This document shows, in pieces, positions 9,939 to 19,486 of a DNA stretch of 41,673 bases. The stretch is taken from NCBI GenBank assembly GCA_964534375.1, contig CAZHPN010000031.1, forward strand, positions 1 through 41,673, given 5' to 3'. This DNA is from an uncultured bacterium. Lineage in GTDB: Bacteria > Lernaellota > Lernaellaia > Lernaellales > Lernaellaceae. A program made the translations under genes and the position numbers. The notes below the pieces were generated by a model. It did not search any database and had not been told where the DNA came from. It was given only the letters and a program-made list of their open reading frames with translations. How positions within the stretch are numbered: position 1 is the stretch's first letter; every line of letters begins with the position of its first letter.

Positions 9939-12053
9939 ATGGAAAAGAGCCTGAGTAATTCCGAGCTGCATCCGGATTTTGTCCTGTCGGCCCAGAAAGC
10001 CGGCCGGTTTGTCGTGTGGGACTGGGATTTAGCGTCCGATGCCCTGGTCGTCGATCGCGACGCCGCGGCCGATCTGGGATTCGGACCTGAGGCGCTCCCT
10101 CGCACCGGCGGCGAATGGTTTCGGATGGTCGATCCCGAAGACTTGACCACACTGACGGAGCTCATTCGCAAAGCGGTGCAAAACGGCGGCGAGTACCGTG
10201 CGGAGGTTCGCCTGCGGCTTCCCAATTCCGGCGAGATTCGCTGGGCCGAGACGCGCGGCCGCGTGGCGCGCGACGCTGCCGGACAGCCGGTTCGCGTCGA
10301 CGGCGTGCTGATCGACATCGACGAACGCAAGCGCGCCGAGGTTGCGGCGCGGCGACAGGACGGCTATCGCCGCCAGTTGCTGGAGTTGCTGACGCGGACG
10401 ACGACGCGCAAGGAATACCTCGACGCCGTGGTGGACGTCCTGCGCGAGTGGAGCCAGTGCCGCTGCGTCGGGATTCGCGTGGCCGATGAAGAGGGCCGCG
10501 CCCCGTACGTGTCGTTTGTCGGCTACTCCGACAGTTTTTGGGAGCGCGAAAACGGACTGTCGTTGCGCACCGACGAATGCGTGTGCGTGCGCGTCGCGGA
10601 CGGCAAGCCGACGGCGCGCGAGGCGTCCCAGATGACGCCCGGCGGCGCCTTCTCGTGCGGCGATTCCGGCGGTTTTTTCTACGGGCTCGCGCCGGCCGAA
10701 CGCGCCCGCTACCGCGGAACCTGCGTCGCGGAAGGCTTCACTTCGATGGCGATCGTGCCGATCCGCCGCGAGGGCGCCACCGTCGGGTTGATTCACATCG
10801 CCGACGAACGCCGCGAGGCCGTGCCCCCCGCGAACGTGCTCTTTCTCGAAGAAATGGCGGCGGCGATCGGCGAGGCGATCGTTCGTTTCGCGATCGAAGA
10901 CCGGCTGCGGGTCGCCAACGCGGCGCTCGAAAGACGCGCGGCGCAGCTCCGGGCGCTGACCTCCGACTCGGCACGGGTCGAAGACCGCGACCGTCGCCGC
11001 CTGGCGCAGGCGCTGCACGACGATTTGCAGCAGTTGCTGGCCGCCGCGCGCTACGGCCTGACCTCGTTGCGGCCCCACGTTCTGGCGGACGACCCGTCGG
11101 CGGTCTTGCATCAGGTTGACGGTCTGCTGACGCAGTCGATGGATTTGTCGCGTTCGTTGGCCGCCGAACTCAGCCCGCCGATTCTGATCGACCGCGGCCT
11201 GGCCGCCGGTTTGGAATGGCTGGGGCGGTGGATGCAGGAAACGTACGGGCTGCGCGTCGAATTGGCGGTCGCCGAGGGGGCGGAACCGCCGGCGGAAGAT
11301 TTGCGGTTGTTCTTGTTTCAGACCGTTCGCAGCCTGTTGCTGAACGTCGTCGATCATTCGGGGGCGCGCCATGCGGTCGTCGCCGTGCCCGGGGTGGAAG
11401 GCGGGCTCGTCCGCGTGACCGTCGCCGACGACGGGGTCGGTTTCGACCCGGCGCTGCTGCTGGGCCTGGCCGAACCCAAGAAAGCCGGTTTGTTTCATCT
11501 GCGCGAGCGGGTCGAATTCATGGGCGGGCGCATGGACGTCAACAGCGCCCCGGGCAAAGGCACGAAAATCATGGTGACCGTGCCGGTCATGGCGATGAAA
11601 GCCGTGATGGCCGCCGACGAAGGGGACCGCAATCACGCCGACGAGGCGAACGGACGCCGGCGGCTGCGCACGGAAGGGATCCGCGTCCTGGTCGTGGACG
11701 ACCACGCGGTTTTTCGCCAGGGCCTGATCGAATTGCTGCAGAAAGAGCGAGGGATCACCGTCGTGGGTCAGGCGGCGGACGGCGCGGAGGCGATCGAGGA
11801 AACGCGGCGCCTCAAGCCGGAGGTGGTCATCATGGACATCTCGATGCCGCGCATGAACGGCATCGAGGCAACACGGGCGATCGCGGCCGAGATGCCCGAG
11901 GTGGTCATCGTCGGCCTCTCGATGCACGACCGCGCCGACATGGCCGAAGCAATGCGGAAAGCGGGCGCGGCGGCCTATCTCGCCAAAGACAGTCCGGCCG
12001 AAGAAATCATCGCCGGCATTCGCCGCCATGCGCCGGGCCGGGGCGAGAGCTGA
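9939..12053 (+). CDS. Hybrid sensor histidine kinase (PAS-GAF-HisKA_3-HATPase-REC)
   Basis: WDWD/PAS region, GAF, LHDDLQQ H-box, DDGVGFD and SAPGKGT G-boxes, C-terminal receiver (VVDDH, MDISMPRMNG). AAGGAG before ATG 9939. Confidence 0.9.
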   Translation: MEKSLSNSELHPDFVLSAQKAGRFVVWDWDLASDALVVDRDAAADLGFGPEALPRTGGEWFRMVDPEDLTTLTELIRKAVQNGGEYRAEVRLRLPNSGEIRWAETRGRVARDAAGQPVRVDGVLIDIDERKRAEVAARRQDGYRRQLLELLTRTTTRKEYLDAVVDVLREWSQCRCVGIRVADEEGRAPYVSFVGYSDSFWERENGLSLRTDECVCVRVADGKPTAREASQMTPGGAFSCGDSGGFFYGLAPAERARYRGTCVAEGFTSMAIVPIRREGATVGLIHIADERREAVPPANVLFLEEMAAAIGEAIVRFAIEDRLRVANAALERRAAQLRALTSDSARVEDRDRRRLAQALHDDLQQLLAAARYGLTSLRPHVLADDPSAVLHQVDGLLTQSMDLSRSLAAELSPPILIDRGLAAGLEWLGRWMQETYGLRVELAVAEGAEPPAEDLRLFLFQTVRSLLLNVVDHSGARHAVVAVPGVEGGLVRVTVADDGVGFDPALLLGLAEPKKAGLFHLRERVEFMGGRMDVNSAPGKGTKIMVTVPVMAMKAVMAADEGDRNHADEANGRRRLRTEGIRVLVVDDHAVFRQGLIELLQKERGITVVGQAADGAEAIEETRRLKPEVVIMDISMPRMNGIEATRAIAAEMPEVVIVGLSMHDRADMAEAMRKAGAAAYLAKDSPAEEIIAGIRRHAPGRGES

Positions 12054-12161
12054 CGGTGGCCGGGCGAGGCGCCGCTACGATTCGCTGTCGAAAAAGAAAA
12101 ACGCCCGAAATACTTGTGATTCGTCGGCATCCCGCGGTTAAATTACACGTGGGGGTGAAAC

Positions 12162-12344
12162 ATGATTGGAAGCTCACTGACCGAAAAGCGGGTGGAACGG
12201 AAGAAAATCTCCGAACCGAACGAACAGCCGCTGGCGGAACAGTCGGCGCCGCCGCCGGACGAGGCGGAGGAGTCCGAGGAGTGGCGGATTCTTCACGCGA
12301 ATCGGCTCGGCGGCTCGCGGCGGTTTCGGGTCAACATCCAGTAG
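12162..12344 (+). CDS. Possible small hypothetical protein
   Basis: 60-aa acidic ORF filling the intergenic gap, no recognised motif. Confidence 0.3.
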   Translation: MIGSSLTEKRVERKKISEPNEQPLAEQSAPPPDEAEESEEWRILHANRLGGSRRFRVNIQ

Positions 12345-12394
12345 GCGCCGGTTTCAGACGCCGATAGCGGACCGGGCAGGCGGCGAGCCGGGTT

Positions 12395-12748
12395 TCATGG
12401 TTCGTCGCCGGCCGGGCGCCGCGCGGCTTTCGTCGACGCGCGCGCCCGTTTATCGGCGAGGCGTCTGGCCTTTTCACCCGCCGGAATTTTCGTCGCTCGC
12501 CGTTTTTTCTTCGGACGATTGAGCTTTTCGAGTTTGGCGATCAGGCGGCGAAACGCTTCCTCACGATTCATCGCCTGCGACCGGCGCTCGACCGCGGCGA
12601 CGGTCACGCCGGACGGACGGTGATGTATGCGCACCGCCGTCTCGCGTTTGTTGCGATGCTGGCCGCCCGGGCCGCTCGCCTTGAAGAACTCGAGGTCGCA
12701 CTCGGTCTCGAGCGTCGCGCGGTCGGTCGCGTAAGGCGGATGGTCCAT
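12395..12748 (-). CDS. arfB: Peptide chain release factor-like protein (ArfB/YaeJ-type ribosome rescue peptidyl-tRNA hydrolase)
   Basis: ASGPGGQHRNK (GGQ motif), RSQAMNR and a basic C-terminal tail. Confidence 0.85.
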   Translation of the reverse strand: MDHPPYATDRATLETECDLEFFKASGPGGQHRNKRETAVRIHHRPSGVTVAAVERRSQAMNREEAFRRLIAKLEKLNRPKKKRRATKIPAGEKARRLADKRARASTKAARRPAGDEP

Positions 12749-12806
12749 AATTTCCCTCGCATAAAATGCTTGCCATTTTTTTGCGGCGAACGCAATCTGT
12801 GCGGCC

Positions 12807-13700
12807 ATGATTGCGCATCAGGGCGAATGGGCGGCGTTGACGACCGCCTTGTGTTGGACCGTCACCGGGCTGGCCTTCGAGGCCGCCGCGCGACGGATCG
12901 GCTCGCTCTCGGTCAACATCCTGCGGATGTTCGCCGCGTTGATTTTCCTGACGCTTTTCTCCGCGATTTCGCGCGGGCGGTTTTTTCCGTTCGACGCCGA
13001 CGTGCACACGTGGTTCTGGTTGTCGCTGTCGGGCCTCGTCGGGTTCACGCTCGGCGACCTGGCGCTCTTTCGCGGCTACCTGCTGATCGGCGCGCGACGC
13101 ACGCTGCTGATCGCGGCGTTCGTGCCGGTCTTCACTGCGCTCGGCGGTTGGCTGCTGCTCGACGAAACGCTGAACGCGCGCGACTGGTGCGGCATGGCGC
13201 TGACCATCGCCGGCGTCGCAGTCGTCATCCTCGAACGGCGCGCGGATGCCGCCGCCGTGCCGCGAAAAACCTTATGGCTCGGCGTGCTGTTGGGCCTGTG
13301 CGCCGCGCTCGGCCAAGCGGTCGGGCTGGCGTTTTCGAAAAAGGGCATCGGCGATTTCGACCCGTTTGCCGCGACCCAAATCCGCGCCTTCGCCGGCACG
13401 ATCGGCTTCATGGTGATCTTCACCGCGATCCGTTGGTGGCCCAACGTTTGGCAAGCCGCAAAAGACTACCCGGCAATGCAGCGACTGACCCTCGGCGCGT
13501 TTTTCGGCCCGTTTCTCGGCGTCGGTTTTTCGCTGATGGCCGTGCAACACGCGAAGGCCGGCGTTGCGGCGACGATCATGTCGCTGACGCCCGTGTTCAT
13601 CATCGCGCCCGCGGCGCTGATCTTCAAGGAAAAGTTCACGGCCCGCGCCTTCGCCGGGGCTGCGCTGGCGGTCGGCGGATCGGCGCTGTTGTTTATGTAG
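12807..13700 (+). CDS. DMT/EamA family transporter
   Basis: About 10 hydrophobic helices in two EamA-like repeats (GEWAAL..., GDLALF, LTPVFII). Confidence 0.9.
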   Translation: MIAHQGEWAALTTALCWTVTGLAFEAAARRIGSLSVNILRMFAALIFLTLFSAISRGRFFPFDADVHTWFWLSLSGLVGFTLGDLALFRGYLLIGARRTLLIAAFVPVFTALGGWLLLDETLNARDWCGMALTIAGVAVVILERRADAAAVPRKTLWLGVLLGLCAALGQAVGLAFSKKGIGDFDPFAATQIRAFAGTIGFMVIFTAIRWWPNVWQAAKDYPAMQRLTLGAFFGPFLGVGFSLMAVQHAKAGVAATIMSLTPVFIIAPAALIFKEKFTARAFAGAALAVGGSALLFM

Positions 13701-13706
13701 GAGGCC

Positions 13707-13740
13707 GGAGCCAGGAGCCAAGAGCCAGAAGCTAGAAAGC
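13707..13740. repeat. Heptamer tandem array (GGAGCCA-type)
   Basis: GGAGCCA GGAGCCA AGAGCCA GAAGCTA between convergent stop codons. Confidence 0.7.
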
Positions 13741-13746
13741 GGATCC

Positions 13747-14781
13747 CTATTCTTCGTCAATCGACGGGGCGGCCAACTGCCCGCACGCCGCGAGAATGTC
13801 GCGGCCGCGCGCTTTGCGCAGCACTGCGGTCACATTGTGGTCGATCAGAATTTTCTGAAACTGGCGGACGCGTTCTTCGGTCGGCGGCTGACATTCCGAC
13901 CCCGCGAACCAATTGACGGCGAGCAGATTGATTTTCGGCCGCAGGTCCGGCGCCAGGCGCGCGAGGCGGTGGGCATGTTCGTCGGAATCGTTGACGCCGG
14001 CGACCAGCGAATATTCGAACGTCACGCGGCGGCGGTGCGGCGTCGGAAAACGACGGCAGGCGTCGAGCAGTTCCTTGAGCGGATATTTGCGATTGGCCGG
14101 CACTAGCTTGTTGCGCGTTTCGTCGTCCGGCGCGTGCAGGCTGACGGCGAGGCTTACGTCGAGCCGCCGGCCGAGTTCGTCCAATTGCGGCACGAGCCCG
14201 ACGGTCGAGAGCGTCACCTTGCGCGAACTCAGATTGCAGCCGTGATCGGCGTAAAAAATGTTGATGGCGTCGATGACGTTTTCCAGGTTGTCGAGCGGCT
14301 CGCCCATGCCCATGAACACGACGTTGCTGATGCGACGTTCGCCGGCGACGCGTTGCGCGGCAAGATATTGCTCGACGATTTCGCCGGCCGTGAGGTTGCG
14401 CGTGAAAGACATCATGCCCGTGCGGCAGAACGCGCAGCCCCAACGGCAGCCGACCTGCGAACTGACGCACAACGTCAGCCGGCTCAACTCGGGGATCAAC
14501 ACGCTTTCGATGCGTTTGCCGTCGGCCAGGCCGAAGGCCATTTTTTGCGTGCCGTCCTCGCCGGTCAACGTCTCGACGGCGGGCAGGCGAAGAATCTCGA
14601 ACTTTTCCGACAACCGTTCGCGCAAACCTTTGGCGATGTCGGTCATTTCGTCGAACGTGGCGGCGTCGTTTTTGTAGAGCCAGCGGAAAATCTGCCGCGC
14701 GCGGAAGGGTTTTTCGCCCATCGCGGCAAGCTCCGTTTCCAGTTTGGGCATCGTCAGACTTTTGATGCAGATTTTATCCAC
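13747..14781 (-). CDS. rlmN: Dual-specificity RNA methyltransferase RlmN (radical SAM)
   Basis: CVSSQVGCRWGCAFC, MGMGEP, SLHAP, EY and AACGQL motifs. GTG start. Confidence 0.96.
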   Translation of the reverse strand: MDKICIKSLTMPKLETELAAMGEKPFRARQIFRWLYKNDAATFDEMTDIAKGLRERLSEKFEILRLPAVETLTGEDGTQKMAFGLADGKRIESVLIPELSRLTLCVSSQVGCRWGCAFCRTGMMSFTRNLTAGEIVEQYLAAQRVAGERRISNVVFMGMGEPLDNLENVIDAINIFYADHGCNLSSRKVTLSTVGLVPQLDELGRRLDVSLAVSLHAPDDETRNKLVPANRKYPLKELLDACRRFPTPHRRRVTFEYSLVAGVNDSDEHAHRLARLAPDLRPKINLLAVNWFAGSECQPPTEERVRQFQKILIDHNVTAVLRKARGRDILAACGQLAAPSIDEE

Positions 14782-14825
14782 AGGAAGGACCCGTTTGTAA
14801 GGGACGTGTAATGGAATGGATCTTC

Positions 14826-14938
14826 GTCCGCAGATTTACGAAGATTTTCGCAGATTTCTCGTCTGTAGTCCGGCGATCTTCGGTCAAATGCGTCGTTTCC
14901 GTTCGAGAATCTGCGTCGTTCTGCGCTAATCTGTGGAC
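14826..14938. repeat. Inverted-arm decamer repeat element (CGCAGATTTN)
   Basis: Three units CGCAGATTTA/CGAAGATTTT/CGCAGATTTC, then three inverted units ending AATCTGTGGAC. Confidence 0.8.
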
Positions 14939-14952
14939 AAAAACACTCACAG

Positions 14953-16179
14953 TCACCTCAAGCCCTTTCCCGCCGCGTCGCCGGCCACGAAGCCTGTGGA
15001 AAACGCCGCCTGCAAATTATATCCGCCGGTCACCCCATCGATATCGAGCAATTCCCCGCAAACGTACAATCCGGGGACCAACCGGCTTTCCATCGTCCGC
15101 GGCTCGATCTCGTCGAGCACGACGCCGCCGACGGTGATCAGCGCTTCGTCCCAGCCGTGGACGCCGACGACCTTGAGCGGAAAATCTTTGCACAAATCGC
15201 CGAGGGCGCGACGCGTGGATTTGCCCACCTCGGCGCAGCGCTGGTCCAAGTTCAGCCCCAGCCGCTTCACGAACGGCGGAATCACGGCTTGCGGCAGCAG
15301 ACCGTTCAATACTTGCTGCAGCGGCGCCTTGCCGTTCGCGTCCAGGTCGCGGCGCAACCGGGCGTCGAGTTGCTCGCGGTCGAGCGCCGCTTTGAAATCG
15401 AGCGAGATCGCCGGCGCGCTCAGGTCGGCCACGTCGCGCGACAGATCGATCGGCACGGCACCGCCCAGCGCGTTTTCCGAAAACAGCGCCTCGCCGAAGC
15501 CGTCGGCCACGGCGCGTTTGCCGTCGCGCAACGTTACGCGCACGTTGTGCAGCAAAATCTCGAAGGGCGCGAAATCGGTCTCGATCGCCAGCGGCGTCAG
15601 CGCGGGCCGCGGCGTCGCCAGCGTGTGGCCGAGGCGTTGCGCGAAGCGGTAGCCGTCGCCGGTCGAGCCGGTGCGCGGATAGCTTTTGCCGCCGGTGGCG
15701 AGGATCAGGCGGTCCGCGAAAATCTCGCCGCGCGCCAGCCGCAGATGAAAAAGGTCGCCCGTTTTTTCGATATCCTTGACGTCGGCCTCGGTGCGCACCG
15801 CGCCGCCGTCGCTGCGCGCCCAGCGGTAGAGCGCCTGCGCCACATCGGTCGCCTTGCCGGATTTCGGGAAATAGCGTCCGCCGCGTTCGACGACACACGG
15901 AACCTGCCGCCGTTCGAGAATTTCGAGAAGGTCCGGGGCGAAGAAGCGGGCGAACGCGCCGCGCAGGAAATCGCCGCCGCGGCGGTAGCCTTCGACGAAC
16001 AACTCGACCGGTTTGTCGTTCGTGACGTTGCCGCGACCCTTGCCGGAAATGCTCACCTTGCGGCCCGTCTGCCGCATTTTTTCGAGCACGAGCGTCTTCG
16101 CGCCGGCGCGCGCCGCGGCCCCCGCGGCCACCAGCCCCGCCGCGCCGCCCCCGACAATGACGACTTCCCAGCGTTCCAT
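14953..16179 (-). CDS. BaiN/YhiN (HI0933) family FAD-dependent oxidoreductase
   Basis: GGGAAG, GRKVSISGKGRGNVTN, ATGGKSYPRTGSTGDG, GELLDIDG and GGYNLQAAFSTG motifs. Confidence 0.92.
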   Translation of the reverse strand: MERWEVVIVGGGAAGLVAAGAAARAGAKTLVLEKMRQTGRKVSISGKGRGNVTNDKPVELFVEGYRRGGDFLRGAFARFFAPDLLEILERRQVPCVVERGGRYFPKSGKATDVAQALYRWARSDGGAVRTEADVKDIEKTGDLFHLRLARGEIFADRLILATGGKSYPRTGSTGDGYRFAQRLGHTLATPRPALTPLAIETDFAPFEILLHNVRVTLRDGKRAVADGFGEALFSENALGGAVPIDLSRDVADLSAPAISLDFKAALDREQLDARLRRDLDANGKAPLQQVLNGLLPQAVIPPFVKRLGLNLDQRCAEVGKSTRRALGDLCKDFPLKVVGVHGWDEALITVGGVVLDEIEPRTMESRLVPGLYVCGELLDIDGVTGGYNLQAAFSTGFVAGDAAGKGLR

Positions 16180-16288
16180 GGGTGGGGATGCTAGTGGCGG
16201 AAGCGCGGGGCGTCAACTTCGCCGCCTGCGAAGCATGGCTTGTCCTGTGATTTGGCATTTCGCTATGCTGAGGCCAAGGAGACCGCCG

Positions 16289-17356
16289 ATGTTGCAAATC
16301 GCCGATGCCGGCCGCGCGTTGATCGTCGGATTCGACGGCGCAGGCGTCAACGACCACGTGCGCGAGGCGCTCAAGCTTGGCGTTGCCGGCTTCATCCTGT
16401 TCGCACGCAACTGGGAAAGCCCCGAGCAGGTCGCGGAACTGATCGCCGAGATTCGCGGCCTGGCGGGCGGCCGGCGGCTGTTGTTCGCCGTCGATCAGGA
16501 GGGCGGCCGCGTGGCGCGGCTTCGCGAGCCGGCGACGATCTGGCCGCCGCTGGGCATGCTCGGCCTGGCGGATGACGCGCGCCTGGCGGAAGAATTCGGC
16601 GCCGCGCTCGGACGCGAGGTCGCCGCGCTCGGCTTCGATTGGGATTTCGCGCCGGTGATGGACGTCGATTCCAACTCGGCCAACCCGGTGATCGGCGACC
16701 GCAGCTTCGGCGCCGACCCGCAACTCGTCGCGCGACTCGGGGGGGCCGTGATCGCGGGCCTGCAACGCGCCGGCGTGATGGCTTGCGCGAAGCATTTCCC
16801 GGGCCACGGCGACACCGAGGCCGACAGCCACCTCGACCTGCCGGTGCTGCCGCACGACCGCCGGCGGCTCGACGCCATCGAGTTGCCGCCGTTTCGCGCG
16901 GCGGTCGCGGCGAACGTCGCGGGCGTGATGACTGCGCACATTCTCGTCGAAGGCGTCGATCCGCGCGCGCCGGCGACGATGTCCAAGCCCATCCTCGACA
17001 TCTTGCGGAACGAGATCAACTTCGCCGGCGCGATCGTCAGCGACGATCTCGAAATGCGCGCCGTCGCCGACCGCCAACCGATCGGCGACGCGGCGGTCGC
17101 GGCGGTCCGCGCCGGGTGCGATCTGCTGCTGGTCTGCCATCGGCTGGAACGGCAGGAAGAGGCGGTGCGCGCGCTGTACGACGCGCAGCGCGGCGAACGC
17201 CTGGCGCCGCTGCGGCTGCACGAAATCAGCCGCCGCCTCGAACGGCTGCTGGCGCAGTTCCCACCGCGCCGCCCCGGCGACCTGTCGGTTCTCGGCTGCG
17301 ACGAGCACCGGCGGCTGGCCGAGCGCATCCGCCGCGCCGCCGAGCGCAACGCCTGA
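16289..17356 (+). CDS. nagZ: Beta-N-acetylhexosaminidase (GH3)
   Basis: DQEGGRVAR, APVMD, IGDRSF, KHFPGHGDTEADSH and SDDLEM motifs. AAGGAG before ATG 16289. Confidence 0.93.
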   Translation: MLQIADAGRALIVGFDGAGVNDHVREALKLGVAGFILFARNWESPEQVAELIAEIRGLAGGRRLLFAVDQEGGRVARLREPATIWPPLGMLGLADDARLAEEFGAALGREVAALGFDWDFAPVMDVDSNSANPVIGDRSFGADPQLVARLGGAVIAGLQRAGVMACAKHFPGHGDTEADSHLDLPVLPHDRRRLDAIELPPFRAAVAANVAGVMTAHILVEGVDPRAPATMSKPILDILRNEINFAGAIVSDDLEMRAVADRQPIGDAAVAAVRAGCDLLLVCHRLERQEEAVRALYDAQRGERLAPLRLHEISRRLERLLAQFPPRRPGDLSVLGCDEHRRLAERIRRAAERNA

Positions 17357-17436
17357 GGGCGCGCCGGCCTTGCTTGGCGGGCGCGTTATTTGTTGGTATA
17401 AAGAGACGTTCATCGCAACCGAATGAGGAGGAGATC

Positions 17437-18204
17437 ATGAAACGGGCTTTCTGGATCGTGGTGTTGCTGGCGATCGCGTTGCCGTGTGTGGCCTGGGCCG
17501 AGGCGTCGGCGGACGATGCCGCGGTCATGAAGGGGGCGGCGCCGGTCGTGGAGAACGTTTACACCGCGCTGAAGGCGCACGATTGGGCGGCGATGCGGAA
17601 GGATTTCACGGACCAGATGCTCAAGGCGTTGCCGGTGTCGAAGCTAGCCGACGTTTTCGGCGAGACCGAGACGTTATACGGCGCCTACGTTTCGCACTCG
17701 TTCGCCCGGACGGCGAAAAAAGATGAATGGATTATGGCGTTCTACACCACGAAATTCGCCAAGGGCGAAGTCGTGATGCAATTCACCTTCAAACAAGGCG
17801 ACCCGGCGTGGAAGATTTCGGGCCTGTTCGTTCGCCCTGGCGAAACCGGCCAACGCGCGACCAAAGAAGCGGCCGAAGCGTTGATGAAGACCTATAAGCC
17901 GATCATCGACGCCTATTTCGCCGCCTACAAAGCCCGCGATTTCGCCGGCATGGAAAAAGATTTTTCCGCCAAAATGAAAGAGCGCCTGCCGGTCGCCCAG
18001 TTCAAGGAAACGACCGAGAAGGAAATCGAAGGCACGTTCGGCGCGCTGACCGCGGCGGATTTCGATCGCATCGAAACCGAGGCTGGATTTGTCCAAGTCT
18101 TTTATCTGCTGAAACGCGCCAAGGGCCAGACCACGTTGAAGTTCGTGTTTGAAAAGGACGATCCGGCGCACAAAATTTCGGGGCTGTGGGAGAAACCGCT
18201 GTAA
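17437..18204 (+). CDS. Exported protein with two tandem DUF3887-like domains
   Basis: GAGGAG RBS and signal peptide. Two ~110-aa repeats (KDFTDQMLKALP...KISGLF and KDFSAKMKERLP...KISGLW). Confidence 0.8.
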   Translation: MKRAFWIVVLLAIALPCVAWAEASADDAAVMKGAAPVVENVYTALKAHDWAAMRKDFTDQMLKALPVSKLADVFGETETLYGAYVSHSFARTAKKDEWIMAFYTTKFAKGEVVMQFTFKQGDPAWKISGLFVRPGETGQRATKEAAEALMKTYKPIIDAYFAAYKARDFAGMEKDFSAKMKERLPVAQFKETTEKEIEGTFGALTAADFDRIETEAGFVQVFYLLKRAKGQTTLKFVFEKDDPAHKISGLWEKPL

Positions 18205-18337
18205 CGACGGCGCCGGGCCGATCGATTTGCGGAAGGCCGCGAGGGCGAATGGTCGCCAGCTTTTTCGGCCTTGCAGTCTATCCGTCGATCGGCCTCCCAG
18301 TCTTCCCGTTCGCCGGCGATTCTGCTAAAACCGGCCC

Positions 18338-19486
18338 ATGTACACAAATCGTCCGACCTTCGCCTGGATCGACCTCGACGCGCTCGAACACAACTACCGC
18401 GTGCTGCGCCGGCGCGTCGGGGCCGACACGGGCATCATGGCGGTGGTCAAGGCCGACGCCTATGGGCACGGCGCCGTGCCGGTCGCGGCGACGCTCGAAC
18501 GCCTCGGCGCCGACGGCTTCGGCGTGGCGTTTGCGGAAGAGGGCATCCGCCTGCGCGAGGGCGGCATCAGCAAGCCGGTGCTGATTCTCGGCGGCATCTA
18601 CCACGGCGAGGCGCTCAAGGCGCACCAATACAACCTGACGCCCGTGGTCATCAGCCTCGAACGCGGCCTCGACCTGGCGCGGGAGGCGCGCGAGGTCGGC
18701 CGGCGGTTCGCGGTCCACGTGAAGGTGGACACGGGCATGACCCGCATCGGCATTCCGGCTGGCGAGGCCAAAGAGGCCATCCTGCAACTCGCGCAGCAAA
18801 TGGAATTGCGGATCGAGGGCCTCATCAGCCATTTCGCGACGGTCAGCCCCGACCTCGGCCCCGATTATTGGGACCAACTGTCGAAATTCCGCCGGCTCGT
18901 GGACGAGCTCAAAGCCGCGGGCGTCGATCCGCCGATCAAGCACATGGCAAACACCGCGGCTGTGCTCGGCGCGCCCAAGCCGCCGTTCAACATGGTGCGG
19001 CCGGGGATCATGCTCTATGGCGACTGCCCGGGTCCGGGGTTCGAAAACGTGCTCGACCTGCACCCCGTGTTTCGCTTCGCGACGGAAATCGTCCACCTCA
19101 AACGCGTGCCGCCCGGCACGGCGATCAGCTATGGCGGCACGTTCGTCACCCAGCGCGAGAGCGTCGTCGCGACGCTGCCGGTCGGCTACGCCGACGGCCT
19201 GAACCGGCGGCTCTCGAACCGCGGCTTCGCGCTCGTCCATGGCCGCCGGGCGCCGATCGTGGGCGCGGTGTGCATGGACATGTGCATGATCGACGTGACC
19301 GACACGCCGGATGCGCAGGTCGGCGACGAGGCGGTGTTTATCGGCGAGCAACAGGGCGCGCGCATCACCGCCGAGGAAGTCGCCGAAACCTGCGGCACGA
19401 TCGCCTACGAGATTTTCTGCAATATCAATTACCGGGTCGGTCGAATTTATGTCAAACGGACAACCAGTCGTCCTGAAACCGTTTGA
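18338..19486 (+). CDS. alr: Alanine racemase
   Basis: VVKADAYGHG PLP-lysine motif, KVDTGMTRIG, VRPGIMLYG, GYADG and VCMD. Confidence 0.95.
   Translation: MYTNRPTFAWIDLDALEHNYRVLRRRVGADTGIMAVVKADAYGHGAVPVAATLERLGADGFGVAFAEEGIRLREGGISKPVLILGGIYHGEALKAHQYNLTPVVISLERGLDLAREAREVGRRFAVHVKVDTGMTRIGIPAGEAKEAILQLAQQMELRIEGLISHFATVSPDLGPDYWDQLSKFRRLVDELKAAGVDPPIKHMANTAAVLGAPKPPFNMVRPGIMLYGDCPGPGFENVLDLHPVFRFATEIVHLKRVPPGTAISYGGTFVTQRESVVATLPVGYADGLNRRLSNRGFALVHGRRAPIVGAVCMDMCMIDVTDTPDAQVGDEAVFIGEQQGARITAEEVAETCGTIAYEIFCNINYRVGRIYVKRTTSRPETV

Noticed and set aside
15017..17413. 798-aa minus-strand ORF and other long overlapping ORFs (e.g. 808-2328, 10029-12029, 18278-19879, 28459-30351, 38570-40273)
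   Set aside because: Shadow frames of well-supported genes in high-GC DNA. Arg/Ala/Gly-rich with no motifs.
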